The notes beneath the pieces were generated by a model. The model did not search any database. It was not told the DNA's origin and saw only the letters and a list, made by a program, of their open reading frames with translations. This document shows, piece after piece, positions 7,056 through 8,033 of a stretch of 8,033 nucleotides of DNA. A program made the position numbers and the translations under genes. Source of the DNA: Andalucia godoyi And28 (lineage: Eukaryota; Protista; Jakobida). The DNA lies in assembly GCA_009859145.1 (NCBI GenBank), contig VRVR01000053.1, positions 210,331 to 218,363 on the forward strand. The letters are read 5' to 3'. Within the stretch, counting starts at the first letter, position 1; every line of letters starts with the position of its first letter.

Positions 7056-7157
7056 TGGTTTTTTTGGCGGGAAGCCTTTCTTCTCGCAGAGACGCTGTTG
7101 CAGCGACATGCACCATGGGTCATGTTTGGGAGCAGTGCTCATGGTGATGGGTGAGCG

Positions 7158-7275
7158 GTGAGTGTGCTCTCGTCCAGCATAGGAACTCCGGATCATCGGA
7201 CGACCGCGGCTAGACACAAATGGGACCTCGCAAATGGCTGACAGCTCCTGCGTTCGCTTCACTGTCTGAATGCAG
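7158..7275 (+). other. Candidate spliceosomal intron (118 nt)
   Basis: Donor GTGAGT at 7158, branch GCTGAC at 7237-7242, pyrimidine-rich run, acceptor TGCAG ending at 7275. Confidence 0.45.
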
Positions 7276-8033
7276 TCGAAGATCTCAAGCGTCACTTGGG
7301 GGCTGGTTTTTGAATATGGGTACCTGGTGCTATGCCAGAATGGAAACGGCTCGTGGGTTTTTGGTGTTTCGATACGCGTTAAATAGCGCGTCTTTGACTT
7401 ACTTAGTGGGGTTTTTGTGTGATCGTCTGGGGTGCCGTGGTACACCCAGCAAACGCTCCGGAACGAGAATTTGGAAAAAAAATAAAAAACTGACTCGTAA
7501 AACAGGGAAATGATCATCAAAAATGGCCATGGTATCATCGCGCTCGAGAGCGTTCGGCATGTGTGGGGACATCTGTACGTTTTTTTAAAACTTCAGTTTT
7601 TTAGAGAACTACAACCGTTGTTCTGGCAGAACACAGTATTTCACAGTAGTACGCCGCTGCTGCTCGTGCTGTTGCAGGGATCGCCGGGGAGTCACAGGAT
7701 CGCCGTGGAACCGCCATTAGTACTCACAGATATCGCTGCTGACCGAAAAGCGGAATGAAATGAATTCGCAATCTTATGTATTAATGATTTATCATATTAC
7801 CCAAGATGATGACGGTTGCTGTAGCCTGCGACTTTATTGTTTTACGCGATCCCAGTTTGATATTTAGTCGTTTTTTTAGTTGTTTGTTTTAACTCCGTGG
7901 TGTCGGCATTACTGAAGAAGACAATGTTGTGCTTTTACGATAATGTCCTGATTCAATTGCACCAAATCGGTATAGTGTCCTAACGTCCTGCAGATATCAT
8001 CAGGCATATGAACGGCTCAGTAAACGATGCCTG

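Noticed and set aside
7050-7538. Minus-strand 162-aa ORF with FVSSRGRPMI...WC...C, reminiscent of a FLYWCH zinc finger
   Set aside because: Spacing is too long and the GY-x-Y and terminal HxH elements are missing. Splice signals favour the plus strand.
8001-8033. 7-bp inverted repeat CAGGCAT / ATGCCTG at the window edge
   Set aside because: Too short and truncated by the window end. There is no terminator context or partner terminal repeat to support a transposon end.

Overview
Eukaryotic (probably non-plant, protist-type) genomic DNA read with the standard code. The window is dominated by one uninterrupted 1428-aa ORF (2407-6693, +) encoding a predicted cell-surface receptor. Its parts, in order, are: signal peptide; an unassigned ~190-aa region with a His-rich stretch; a D-C-x-x-L-x-x-L-Y-x-S-T-x-G-x-x-W LRR cap; 15 regular plant-type LRRs; ~9 irregular LRRs with insertions; a Cys-rich EGF/TNFR-like stalk; ~9 hydrophobic segments; and a short basic tail with no kinase or TIR domain. 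The LRR array shows recent 72-bp tandem duplication and scaffold homogenisation, with variation concentrated in the exposed beta-strand. Upstream (~361-2343, +) is what reads by eye as a decayed RING-finger + ankyrin-repeat gene spread over shifting frames. Downstream are a duplicated AATAAA element and several canonical spliceosomal intron signals whose reading frame I could not resolve. All family assignments are by-eye motif recognition; no searches were run.
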